From the NCBI GenBank assembly GCA_903877165.1, contig CAIRCU010000024.1:4688-68687 (forward strand): a stretch of 64,000 nucleotides of DNA, read 5' to 3'. The stretch comes from Methanobacteriota archaeon. Its GTDB lineage: Archaea; Thermoplasmatota; E2; DHVEG-1. Position 1 is the first letter of the stretch. Each line of letters opens with the position of its first letter. The notes below the pieces were generated by a model. It was not told where the DNA came from, ran no database searches, and saw nothing but the letters and a program-made list of their open reading frames with translations. Below are positions 47,404 through 57,164 of the stretch, piece by piece. Made by a program: the position numbers and the translations under genes.

Positions 47404-48765
47404 ATGGTTGAACTGAAAATTCAGTGTCCCACCTGTAAACATCAGATACTTGTTCGCGGGAAGCCTTCAGAAAAAATCATTATTACCTGCCCACAATGCA
47501 ATACACGCGGTGAATTCACTTTTCCTCTTGATGCTTCCACAGCTCCCGTCCAAAACGAACCGGACACACAGAGACCATTAGGAGTAACCATATTAGCAAT
47601 ACTGGCGATTTTTTATGCATCGACGAATATTTTCAAACTACTATTTTCTGCATCTCTACTGAACTTAGCAAGCCCTTTGAATTCTTTAAATCTGATTCCA
47701 CCCCTTCTACTGCTGCTTGATATTGTAGTGAGTGCAGTGTTCTTCGTTATCGCATACGCATTCTGGAAAGGATTGCAATGGTCTTGGTTTGTCGCAATTA
47801 TTCTCCTCGTTATCGAAATTGTACTCCAGATCAGTGTTCCTTTATCACTTGCTATTTTTTTAAAGACCCCTTTCTCAGGCTTTTTTTATTACCTCCTAAT
47901 AATATACGCCGTTGTTTTCGTAGTGATATTTAGTCTGATTTTATTTTATCTCACAAGACCCCATGTGAAAACGTACTTTCATGTTGGTCATCGCGGTGAT
48001 TTCAAATCAATCATCAGAGCGAAGAGAAAAATCGTGTATGGTCTTGTGATCATCCTCATCATGACAAGTATAATTGTAGTGTTAGGTTTTCAATCAACAG
48101 GTACTATTTCTTTGAAAAGTGTTCAGACGCAAGAAAATCCTCGGGAACCTGGTGACATGACCATTACCGCAGAACTCACTGGGGGTTCACCCTTTGGGAG
48201 AGTCAACGCGTCTCTCTTCTATGCAACATATTTTGGCGAGGGCAGTGAAAGCGGTTCTGAAACCATGCAACCTATGGGGATGAATAGATATTCAGCGATA
48301 CTCCACGGATCAAATGGATCGGAGATCTGGTGCGTAATAGAATCAGGAAATATTGTGTTAGGGGAACGTACTTTTCAGGAGGGGCACGTCGAGAGAAGCA
48401 GCAGAACCTCTCTCGCAATTACCAATATCACACAAACCCCGGAGACACCAACAACACAGACAATGTCCATCACCATCACAGTACATGTCACAAGCAATGC
48501 GACAATCACTGACGTCATGTTCATAAAAGAATTCATCGCTCCTTCCGGCTATAACGGCAGCAGCGATTCAGACATGCAGAAAATAAACAATGACACCTAT
48601 TCTGAGACCATCTATGCGTCTGGCGCTGAAGGATTCGATACAGGTTTCTCAGGTGAAAATCCGCAGGGAACTTTTGTCTCCGGCACGACAATATATTACC
48701 GAATTGCTGCTAAAGATGCATCAGGGAATACCGCGGTACAAACCAAACACATCACCATAAAATAA
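47404..48765 (+). CDS. AT-rich gene: N-terminal C4 zinc ribbon + 4-5 TM + large C-terminal extracytoplasmic domain, hypothetical
   Basis: MVELKIQCPTCKHQILV…IIITCPQCNTRGEFTFP, then hydrophobic helices. C-terminal Thr/Ser-rich beta-rich region with sequons. Confidence 0.55.
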   Translation: MVELKIQCPTCKHQILVRGKPSEKIIITCPQCNTRGEFTFPLDASTAPVQNEPDTQRPLGVTILAILAIFYASTNIFKLLFSASLLNLASPLNSLNLIPPLLLLLDIVVSAVFFVIAYAFWKGLQWSWFVAIILLVIEIVLQISVPLSLAIFLKTPFSGFFYYLLIIYAVVFVVIFSLILFYLTRPHVKTYFHVGHRGDFKSIIRAKRKIVYGLVIILIMTSIIVVLGFQSTGTISLKSVQTQENPREPGDMTITAELTGGSPFGRVNASLFYATYFGEGSESGSETMQPMGMNRYSAILHGSNGSEIWCVIESGNIVLGERTFQEGHVERSSRTSLAITNITQTPETPTTQTMSITITVHVTSNATITDVMFIKEFIAPSGYNGSSDSDMQKINNDTYSETIYASGAEGFDTGFSGENPQGTFVSGTTIYYRIAAKDASGNTAVQTKHITIK

Positions 48766-48930
48766 GATGCCTTTTTTAGCAAGCCCCTCGGCGACACTCA
48801 TTTCATGGAACTCTTCCCCTGTGTCTTGACACGACGCGAGAACGATTCCATCGTTGGATTTATGATTCCACATCAAATAATATGATTTTTTACAAGGCAC
48901 ATTGTTTCAGGAGAAAACAGGTCTGTTTTC

Positions 48931-50733
48931 ATGAAAAACTATATAGCCGACGCCCTCCATATTCCACTGGGGGATTCCATGAAGACCAGTAGAGCCTCGC
49001 GCGTGCTCGTCTGTTACGTCCTATTACTCTTGATCGCAACCAGTCTGTATGCCAACATCGGGGCGCAAAGCCCACTTGGGGGCGGCAAACCCGCGGGCCC
49101 CTTCCCCAGCGGCATGCTCTTGTTTGCTCCAGTCTCAGGGTCAACCACGTATCTCATGGATAGCAACGGCACGATTAATCACACCTGGCCCTGCACGTAC
49201 ACGCCGCAGCTCGCCCCGTACTGGATAGGGAACGGCTCCATCGTCTATCCAATCAATAATGGCGGCGGCCTGGAAAAAATCGCATGGAACGGAACCGTGA
49301 CTTGGGTATACCAATTCAACCGACCGGGAAGCTACTGTCACCACGATATCGTACCGCTCCCCAACGGCGACGTCCTGATGATCGTCCAGGAAGTGAAGAC
49401 ACACGCTGAGGCAGTCGCCGCGGGACGCAACCCCGCGACCGTCGGCGACACGTTCCTCCCAGACTACCTCATCGAAGTCAAACCAACGGGACCGACGAGC
49501 GGGACGATCGTCTGGGAATGGCACCAATGGGATCATCTCATCCAGGACTATGACTCCTCGAAGCAGAACTACGGTGTCGTCGGAGACCACCCCGAGTTAA
49601 TCGACATCAATTTCGGCGAATACTTCACCGGCGATTGGATCCATACGAATTCCGTGGACTACAACCCCGCGTTTGACCAAATCCTGATCAGCGCCCATGA
49701 CTTCGACGAAGTCTGGATCATCGACCACAGCACCACCACCCAAGAGGCAGCGGGCCACACCGGTGGCCGGTACGGCCATGGTGGCGACCTTTTGTACCGC
49801 TGGGGGAACCCGAAGGCCTACCGCCGCGGGGATGCAAGTGATGAGAAAATGTACTTCGAGCACCAGTGCACGTGGATCAAACCCGGGCTTCCCGGTGCTG
49901 GCGACATCCTTATCTACGACAACGGCAACAACCGTCCCGGAGGCCCCTATTCGACGGTGGATGAGTTTACACCAACGGTGTCCGCGGATGGTTACTATTA
50001 CATCAACCCGGGTGAAGCATACGGTCCTGATAATTTCACATGGAGCTATGTCGCCACTCCCCCGCAGAGCATGTACTCGAGCATCTACAGCGGCGCGCAA
50101 CGCCTCCTGGACGGGAACACGATGATCTGCGTCGGGGTCCCTGGGCAGTTCATCGAAGTCTCACCAGACGATCAGGTCGTATGGCAGTATACGAACCCGT
50201 TCCCTGACTCCGGCGATAACTCCGTATTCAAAGTCGAGTATATCCCCCCGACACCGCCAGAAAAACCGAATCTCGATGCCATTGGTAGACTGGTATGGAC
50301 GGACGTCAAACCTGGGGCCGTCGTCAACGGGAGCTTTCAGGTGGTGAACATTGGGGATTCCAATTCCAGATTGAATTGGAAGGTAGACAAGATCTCTCTC
50401 GGTTGGGGGAACTGGACGATTGCGCCTGAGTCCGGCGTGAACCTCACTCCCGAGGAGGGGCCGGTGACGGTTCACGTGCAGGGATTCATTCCCGACAAAA
50501 CGAATAAAGCGTTCCAAGGAAGCCTTCTGGTTTTGAACCAGGACAACACATCGGATAACGATACGGTCCCGGTGATCATACAGACCTCCTTGAGTACACC
50601 GTTTTCACCTGCGCATCCCTTCTTTGATCTTCTGAGGTATTGGCTTTCTTATATGAAGAATTATGTGTGGAGGCATGAGTACGGATCGCTTCCTTGTTTC
50701 CACACGAGAGTGGCCGGTGGGACGATTGGTTAG
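48931..50733 (+). CDS. Secreted beta-propeller protein, arylsulfotransferase (ASST; PF05935/PF14269)-like; GC-rich copy
   Basis: Signal peptide. Conserved core TIVWEWHQWDHLIQD…GDWIHTNSVDYNPAFDQILISAH…WIIDHSTTT. Paralog of 53320..55050. Confidence 0.55.
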   Translation: MKNYIADALHIPLGDSMKTSRASRVLVCYVLLLLIATSLYANIGAQSPLGGGKPAGPFPSGMLLFAPVSGSTTYLMDSNGTINHTWPCTYTPQLAPYWIGNGSIVYPINNGGGLEKIAWNGTVTWVYQFNRPGSYCHHDIVPLPNGDVLMIVQEVKTHAEAVAAGRNPATVGDTFLPDYLIEVKPTGPTSGTIVWEWHQWDHLIQDYDSSKQNYGVVGDHPELIDINFGEYFTGDWIHTNSVDYNPAFDQILISAHDFDEVWIIDHSTTTQEAAGHTGGRYGHGGDLLYRWGNPKAYRRGDASDEKMYFEHQCTWIKPGLPGAGDILIYDNGNNRPGGPYSTVDEFTPTVSADGYYYINPGEAYGPDNFTWSYVATPPQSMYSSIYSGAQRLLDGNTMICVGVPGQFIEVSPDDQVVWQYTNPFPDSGDNSVFKVEYIPPTPPEKPNLDAIGRLVWTDVKPGAVVNGSFQVVNIGDSNSRLNWKVDKISLGWGNWTIAPESGVNLTPEEGPVTVHVQGFIPDKTNKAFQGSLLVLNQDNTSDNDTVPVIIQTSLSTPFSPAHPFFDLLRYWLSYMKNYVWRHEYGSLPCFHTRVAGGTIG

Positions 50734-50734
50734 A

Positions 50735-50940
50735 AGCCATCTGGGAATAACGTCCTGGATGAGTTGACGTAACTGCCGCCTCGTCTCGACCGTCAGGGGG
50801 AACTCCTGGTGGCCTGGGCAGGTGTCGTCAAGGATCGCTTCGCCGGTGGTTTTATTGTAGACGACGGGGTAGAGGATGCATCCCTGGAGCCGATGCTCGT
50901 AGATGGAACATTGGCTGGCGTTTCTATCAAGTTTATCAAT
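50735..50940 (-). pseudogene. Decayed 3' fragment of a CxxCxxCC (YkgJ-like) gene; homologous to the intact gene at 55063..55428
   Basis: The minus-strand translation '…LDRNASQCSIYEHRLQGCILYPVVYNKTTGEAILDDTCPGHQ' aligns to '…CSIYDHRPQGCTLYPVIFNKTTGEANLDDACPRH'. No start codon. Frame broken near the 3' end. About 80% nucleotide similarity to the region after ASST2. Confidence 0.5.
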
Positions 50941-51195
50941 ATTATCGAAACATACAAAAAAGAAGTACCTGATACAGGATCGTTAGAAAGGAAAGGATTG
51001 GAACGACTGAAGGAAAGAGATAAGAGAACTGTAGCGAAGCGGAAGAAGCGGAAATAATGCGCCGGGATTGAAAATTACGCATTCTGGCGCATTATCCCCG
51101 GTTCTACGGAGTCCTTTCTGCGCCATCATGGGCCTTTTTACGGGTATGTTTTTATAGGGAGAGATAGTTAAAAAATTGTCGTAGCGGAGAAACTC

Positions 51196-53253
51196 ATGGA
51201 TTCAGGTCTGCTGATGAGAAAGTGTTCTGCTGTCGGAATCATCCTCTTGTTCCTAGGAATGTGCGTCATTCCAGCAGCTGCACAGGACATTGAGAAATCA
51301 TCGTTTCCGGCATCACGAGGGAATTGGTTGTATGTCGGTGGTTCAGGCCCAGGGAACTATACGAAGATTCAGGATGCGATTGACAACGCAAGTGACGGGG
51401 ATACGGTGTACGTGTATAGCGGAACGTATGCTGGATCTGTCGTCATTACAAAATCAATTAACCTCATTGGTGAGGATAAGAATACAACGGTCATCAGTGG
51501 ATATTTTGCCTACACGGTGTACATACTGTCTGATTGGGTCAATTTGAGTGGGTTTACCATTTATACGAACGGGCGTCTCGGTGAGGGTATTCGAATAGAT
51601 TCATGCCACAACACCTTTGTAGGCAACATCATCGACGCCCCCCGTGATAGAATTCGGGTTGCTGGTGACAGCAACATCGTCTCCGGGAACACCATCAGAA
51701 ACTGCTATCTCTTTCTTGTTGGTGATGGCAACACTATCTCAGGAAACGTCATCTCAAACACCTATTATGGCATATACTTAACAGATTATGCTTCTAACAA
51801 CATTATTTCAAATAATTCTCTTTTCGACTCAGGTCTATTTATCGCCGATGCTGCTGTTTGGCATAACACCGTTACGAACAACACGGTGAATGGCAAACCG
51901 CTTGTCTATCTTGCTGATGAATCCGACTTGGTACTCGATGGTGATGCAGGGCAAATACTTCTTGTGAATTGCACCAATATCACTGTACAACACCAAGAAA
52001 TATCCAACACTACTGTCGGTATCCAACTTTGGGGATCCACTTCCTGCGTCATCTCCGGAAACACTATCGCTGGGAATCATTTTGGCATGTACCTCTGCGG
52101 TTCGAACAACACCATAATTGACAACACCATCACCCATAACTATAACGGCATCTTTCTTACAGGGGACAACAATACCATCTCTGGTAACACCTTCACAAAC
52201 AACGATGACGGCATATACCTCTCATATAGCGATCACAACGGCATCATCAATAACACTATCACAAACAACTATTATGGCATGCTGCTGAACGACGGTGGCG
52301 ATGTCAATACTCTTACTAATAACATCATAACAAACAACTATTACGGTATTTTTCTTTCAGCCAACAGCAACATCATCTCCGGTAACACTATCTCGAACAA
52401 CGATGACGGCATCTACCTGTCGTATAGCGATCGCAACACTATGATTAGGAACACCATTACAGACAACTCTTATGGCATACTGCTGAATTATAGTAGCGAT
52501 TTCAGTAGTATTATCAATAACACTCTTTCAAACAACAGCCATGCTGTCATAGGTCTTTCTGGCAACAGGAACACTATGATCTCTGGTAACACCATCTCGA
52601 ACAACGGCGATGGGGTATACCTCTCGTTTAGCGATCACAACGGCATCTTCAATAACACCATCACAAACAACGACGACAATGGCGTGCGTCTGTTTGGCGA
52701 CAGCAACATCATCTCTGGCAACACCCTCACACACAACAATGGTAGTGGCATCTACATAGATGACAGCGATTACAACACCATTATCAGTAACACCATTTCA
52801 AACAACAGCGATGACGGCATACGTCTTTTCGGTGACGACAATGCGGTCTCTACCAACATCATCACAAATAACAGCAACGGCATATACGTCTTGAGCCACA
52901 AGAACAACACAATCTCAGGTAATACTATTGCTTGGAACAATTGGTCTGGTGTATACCTGAGTGGTTCCAGGGGCAATACCATTTCTGGGAACTGCATCTC
53001 AACAAATAGACAAGGCATCTTTTTCGTTTTATCAACCAACAATACCGTCCTTAAGAACAACTTTCTGGGAAACAAACGGCATGCTCTTTTTGAAAACTGC
53101 ACAAACCTTTGGAACAGGAATTATTGGGGTAGACCACGGATACTTCCCAAACTCGTTTTTGGTATAAGAATGGTACAGAATAAATGGCCGTTGCCACTAA
53201 TCGATATCGACCGGCATCCCTCATTTCTACCTTATAACATCCCCCAGGACTGA
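51196..53253 (+). CDS. Secreted parallel beta-helix repeat protein (NosD/PbH1-like) with ~22-aa coils; AT-rich gene
   Basis: Signal peptide. 'WLYVGGSGPGNYTKIQDAIDNASDGDTVYVYSGTY' N-terminal module is paralogous to 14069..15403. More than 20 'ISGNTI(S/T)NN…GIYL' coils. Confidence 0.75.
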   Translation: MDSGLLMRKCSAVGIILLFLGMCVIPAAAQDIEKSSFPASRGNWLYVGGSGPGNYTKIQDAIDNASDGDTVYVYSGTYAGSVVITKSINLIGEDKNTTVISGYFAYTVYILSDWVNLSGFTIYTNGRLGEGIRIDSCHNTFVGNIIDAPRDRIRVAGDSNIVSGNTIRNCYLFLVGDGNTISGNVISNTYYGIYLTDYASNNIISNNSLFDSGLFIADAAVWHNTVTNNTVNGKPLVYLADESDLVLDGDAGQILLVNCTNITVQHQEISNTTVGIQLWGSTSCVISGNTIAGNHFGMYLCGSNNTIIDNTITHNYNGIFLTGDNNTISGNTFTNNDDGIYLSYSDHNGIINNTITNNYYGMLLNDGGDVNTLTNNIITNNYYGIFLSANSNIISGNTISNNDDGIYLSYSDRNTMIRNTITDNSYGILLNYSSDFSSIINNTLSNNSHAVIGLSGNRNTMISGNTISNNGDGVYLSFSDHNGIFNNTITNNDDNGVRLFGDSNIISGNTLTHNNGSGIYIDDSDYNTIISNTISNNSDDGIRLFGDDNAVSTNIITNNSNGIYVLSHKNNTISGNTIAWNNWSGVYLSGSRGNTISGNCISTNRQGIFFVLSTNNTVLKNNFLGNKRHALFENCTNLWNRNYWGRPRILPKLVFGIRMVQNKWPLPLIDIDRHPSFLPYNIPQD
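52180..52671 (+). repeat. Three ~90-nt near-identical segments spaced ~200 nt apart inside the beta-helix gene
   Basis: 52180-52269, 52378-52467 and 52582-52671 each encode (I)SGNT(F/I)(T/S)NNDDGIYLSYSD(H/R)N…. Confidence 0.6.
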
Positions 53254-53319
53254 GAAAAAAAGGTTATCTGATGAGATAACTATTTAACCAATAAAATTTA
53301 TTATTATACAGGGGCCTTT

Positions 53320-55050
53320 ATGGAGAAAGACGGAAAATGTCGGATCTTCGTTTTTTGTTTCATACTCGTACTTGTTGGACCTTGTCTGTCCTCGGTACTT
53401 GAAGCGAAGAACATGCCTCTCGATATGAAAACATCGGGAAGATTTCCAGATGGCCAGATTTTGTTTACTCCGTTTTATTCAACAACAACCTATTTAATCA
53501 ATGGCACGGGCGCGGTAAATCATACGTGGTCAAGTGCGTATGCACCCAGGTACGCTTCGTATTGGTTAGGGAACGGTACCATTCTCCTTCCAATCGATAC
53601 GGGCTCCGGTGGTTTCCAAGAAATTGCATGGAATGGAACGGTGATCTGGGACTACCGATTTTCTCGATCTGGATGCTGCTGCCATCATGATGTGAAGCCG
53701 TTACCAAATGGAAATGTGTTGATGATCGTTCAGGAAATAAAAACACCCGCTCAAGCGATTGCCGCGGGACGCGACCCAGCAACCATCGAGAACTCATTTT
53801 TCCCAGATTTCCTCATCGAAGTCCACCAAACAGGTCCGTCCAGTGGTACAATCGTCTGGGAATGGCACCAATGGGATCATCTCATCCAGGATTTCGATTC
53901 AACAAAAAACAACTATGGTGTCGTCGGAGATCACCCGGAATTAATTGACATCAATTTCGGTGAATATTTTTATGGAGACTGGATTCACACGAATTCAGTG
54001 GATTACAACCCAGCGTTTGACCAAATACTCATCAGCGCCCATAATTTCGACGAAGTCTGGATCATCGATCACAGCACAACCACTGAGGAGGCCGCTGGCC
54101 ACACCGGTGGGCACTATGGGCACGGCGGCGATCTGCTGTACCGCTGGGGAAACCCACAGGCCTACCAACGCGGAAACGCAAGTGATAAAAAATTGTTCTT
54201 CCAACACCAATGCATCTGGATAAAACCCAGGTATCCTGGTGAAGGAGACATACTTATTTTCGACAACGGCAACAACCGTCCTGGTGGACCCTATTCGACA
54301 GCCGATGAATTTACACCGCCAGTGGACTCCAACGGATCGTATTATCTCGAACCGGGTTCAGTATATGGTCCTGAGAACTATACTTGGAGTTATACGGCGG
54401 TTCCACCGGGGAGTCTGTATTCAGACATTTTCGGTGGTGTACAGCGCCTTCCGGACGGGGATACGCTAATTTGCGATGGAGTCCCCGGAAAATTTATTGA
54501 AGTGACGCCGGAGAAAACAGTCGTCTGGGAGTATGTCAATCCATATCCTTGGCCAACCATGAGTCCGGTGTTTAAAATTGAATACATCTGCCCTATGCCA
54601 CCTTTGCCACCGCCAAAGCCTGATTTATATTGCATAGGGCGTCTCGTATGGGTGGGCATTCAGCCAGGGGTAAACGTCACGGGGAGCTTTCAGGTGCAGA
54701 ACTTCGGAGATCCTGGCTCACGATTGAACTGGACGGTGAATTTGTCCTCCCTGATGTGGGGGAAATGGACGATTACTCCCTCGTCCGGCGTAGACCTCAC
54801 CCCCGAGGAGGGGCCCGTAAGCGTGCAGGTGAATGTGATTGCGCCTGGCGAGAAAAACGCGGAGTTCCATGGGGCCCTCATGGTACAGAACAAGGAGAAT
54901 GCGTCGGATTTCGGTACAATCCCAATAACTCTGACAACCCCGTTGATCAACTCTCTTCCACCAGCTCACCCCTTCATGAATATGGTGCGGCAGTGGCTTT
55001 CATTTTTGAAAGATGTGTTGAAAAGAGCCGTTGCTTTAGTGGAACATTGA
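53320..55050 (+). CDS. Secreted beta-propeller protein, ASST-like; AT-rich paralog
   Basis: Signal peptide MEKDGKCRIFVFCFILVLVGPCLSS. Core nearly identical to the 48931 gene over about 150 aa; termini divergent. Confidence 0.55.
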   Translation: MEKDGKCRIFVFCFILVLVGPCLSSVLEAKNMPLDMKTSGRFPDGQILFTPFYSTTTYLINGTGAVNHTWSSAYAPRYASYWLGNGTILLPIDTGSGGFQEIAWNGTVIWDYRFSRSGCCCHHDVKPLPNGNVLMIVQEIKTPAQAIAAGRDPATIENSFFPDFLIEVHQTGPSSGTIVWEWHQWDHLIQDFDSTKNNYGVVGDHPELIDINFGEYFYGDWIHTNSVDYNPAFDQILISAHNFDEVWIIDHSTTTEEAAGHTGGHYGHGGDLLYRWGNPQAYQRGNASDKKLFFQHQCIWIKPRYPGEGDILIFDNGNNRPGGPYSTADEFTPPVDSNGSYYLEPGSVYGPENYTWSYTAVPPGSLYSDIFGGVQRLPDGDTLICDGVPGKFIEVTPEKTVVWEYVNPYPWPTMSPVFKIEYICPMPPLPPPKPDLYCIGRLVWVGIQPGVNVTGSFQVQNFGDPGSRLNWTVNLSSLMWGKWTITPSSGVDLTPEEGPVSVQVNVIAPGEKNAEFHGALMVQNKENASDFGTIPITLTTPLINSLPPAHPFMNMVRQWLSFLKDVLKRAVALVEH

Positions 55051-55062
55051 GGAGTAGGCAGG

Positions 55063-55428
55063 TTAGAGGCCATCTGGAAATAAGGTCTGGATGAGTCTGC
55101 GCAGCTGTCGTCTCGTCTCCAGTGTCAGCGGGAAGTCCCGATGACGTGGGCAGGCGTCGTCGAGATTCGCTTCGCCGGTGGTTTTGTTGAAGATGACGGG
55201 ATAGAGGGTGCAGCCTTGGGGTCGGTGATCATAGATGGAGCACTGACCAGCTTTGAGGAAGACGCAGTGCCCGTTCGTGTTCTTTAATTGTTGGCCAAGT
55301 GATCCTTGCTTCGTAAAGGATGTCTTGGGGAGTCCGAGCGTTTCGATGCGGGCGATGTCTGCCAATGTAAGCAGCATGTTGGTCTGCTGGCAGCAGGCGG
55401 TGCAACGGATGGCCCGGCATGAGTTCAT
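55063..55428 (-). CDS. YkgJ/UPF0153-like putative Zn/Fe-chelating protein (CxxCxxCC family)
   Basis: N-terminal CRAIRCTACC plus further Cys (HCVFLKAGQCSIY…GC…DDACPRH). 121 aa. Confidence 0.65.
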   Translation of the reverse strand: MNSCRAIRCTACCQQTNMLLTLADIARIETLGLPKTSFTKQGSLGQQLKNTNGHCVFLKAGQCSIYDHRPQGCTLYPVIFNKTTGEANLDDACPRHRDFPLTLETRRQLRRLIQTLFPDGL

Positions 55429-55754
55429 GGTTAGCGGGTATCACGGGAGGTGTTATTAAAGACACGGTTATAATCACGATTCAGCAAGAGTTTTGGTATT
55501 GGCGTAAAATGAGGACCGAAATTTATAAAAAGGGAACGGGCGTTGTGAAATGTAGGCCCTCATTGGCGGGAAAATTTCTCATAATATAAACGTTATTCAA
55601 AAACATTATAAAGGGCATTTGAATTGCCTGTTACAATACAAAAATAACATTAAAAAAAGAAAAAACAGGTGTGATTTATTTCCCCGGTCCGGCACCGGAT
55701 GTTTCCACCCCCGGCAAGGAAAGGAGAATAAATCACCAGGGGGCATCGAATACT

Positions 55755-56288
55755 ATGGCCAAAAGTAGCAAAAAACAAATAGATCAAGACGAAAAGAAGG
55801 TCATCGAACAACTCCAGCGCAACTCCAACGAAAGCATCGATAAAATAGCGAAACAGTGCGGATTCTCGCGGCAGAAGGTCTGGAGAATCATAAAACGGCT
55901 GGAAAGCAACAAAACGATCTGGGGATACACCGCGGTCCCGGACAAGGAAAAGCAAGGCGTCCGCCACTACTTCCTCCTCATCAGACGGTCCAACGAACCG
56001 ATTAGCGGCTCCATCGACGAACTCATCAGCGGCTTCAAGAAAGGCTCGGCGAAGACCCTCGGGATCTACGTCAGAACCGCCTGCATCCTCCACGGACAGT
56101 ACGACGTCCTCCTCTGCTTCACCGCCAAAGACATCTCCGTCGCCAAGAAATTCATCGAGTTCATCAACAAGCGGTACTCTGTCGTCATCAAAGACACCCT
56201 GCTGCTCGAGGACATCTTCTCCATCAAGATCTGCGGGATGCTCAACCCCAAGCTCGACGACCTCAAAGAGTTCTACGCCTCAATCTAA
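55755..56288 (+). CDS. Lrp/AsnC family transcriptional regulator
   Basis: N-terminal HTH (IDKIAKQCGFSRQKVWRIIKRLE) and C-terminal RAM domain. ATG at 55755. Confidence 0.85.
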   Translation: MAKSSKKQIDQDEKKVIEQLQRNSNESIDKIAKQCGFSRQKVWRIIKRLESNKTIWGYTAVPDKEKQGVRHYFLLIRRSNEPISGSIDELISGFKKGSAKTLGIYVRTACILHGQYDVLLCFTAKDISVAKKFIEFINKRYSVVIKDTLLLEDIFSIKICGMLNPKLDDLKEFYASI

Positions 56289-56309
56289 ACCAGGCGTCGC
56301 TCTTCTCTC

Positions 56310-56328
56310 TTTTTTTCCATTTTTTTTC
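56310..56328 (+). terminator. Oligo-T tract about 25 nt after the Lrp stop (archaeal-type terminator candidate)
   Basis: TTTTTTCCATTTTTTTTCC, in a convergent intergenic region. Confidence 0.35.
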
Positions 56329-56590
56329 CTTCCCATCACGACGTCATAGCAGTAAAAAAAACAGGAGGGGTGAAAGGAAAAGGGGTCTAACTTGTCTGGG
56401 AGGAAAAGAATGAAAAAGAAACAGATCTTTAATATTCTTTCATTAGACCCCTCTGAGGCAGGATATATCGTGATAGTACATAAAGCTAACTCTCGCCCAA
56501 TCACCCAAAATTCTTATATAGAAGGAAAAAAACCGTGCGGACCGGGAGCCCGATAGACTGCCGATCCATCAGGGGACGACCCACGAACCA

Positions 56591-57142
56591 TTAATGGTGA
56601 ATCAGCCCAAGCGACGTCAATTCCTGCGATAACTTCTCCACGGCAAGCGACACATCCGCGATCTTTCGCGCGCCGGTGCAGACGATCTTCCCGGAGCCAA
56701 ACAGCAGCATCGCCACTTTCGGTTCCTTAATGCGGTACACTAGACCAGGGAACTGCTCGGGCTCATACTCCACGTTCTCCAGCCCCAGCGCCATCGCGAC
56801 CTCGTTGAGATTCAACTCACCGCCCAAATCCGAGATCGCCACGATGTTCTGGATCACAATCTCCGGGTTCTTGTAGACATCGACGTTGAGTTTCTTCAAC
56901 TTCTCCGCAATGATATTGATCGTGGTCCGAACGTCCTCGATGTTCTTCGCCCCGGTACAGTTCGCTTTGCCGCTGCGGAACAGCAGGGTCGCGGTCTTCG
57001 GGTTACTCAACCGGTAGACAAGCCCAGGGAACTGCTCAGGCTCATACTCGGCTTCTTCCAGCGACTGGGCGATCACGTCCAAATCCAACTTATCTGAAAA
57101 CGACGTCGATGCCACGATGTTTTCAACGATTACTTCCGGCAT
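56591..57142 (-). CDS. tbp: TATA-box binding protein
   Basis: Two canonical repeats (ENIVAS…EYEPEQFPGLVYR…LLF(R/G)SGK…CTGA(K/R)) and an acidic tail. Confidence 0.95.
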   Translation of the reverse strand: MPEVIVENIVASTSFSDKLDLDVIAQSLEEAEYEPEQFPGLVYRLSNPKTATLLFRSGKANCTGAKNIEDVRTTINIIAEKLKKLNVDVYKNPEIVIQNIVAISDLGGELNLNEVAMALGLENVEYEPEQFPGLVYRIKEPKVAMLLFGSGKIVCTGARKIADVSLAVEKLSQELTSLGLIHH

Positions 57143-57164
57143 AGCTCTTTCTTTCCTCCTTCTC

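Noticed and set aside
50809-51057. Plus-strand ORF after ASST1
   Set aside because: It is the opposite-strand shadow of the decayed ykgJ-like fragment, and its Lys-rich tail runs into AT-rich intergenic DNA.
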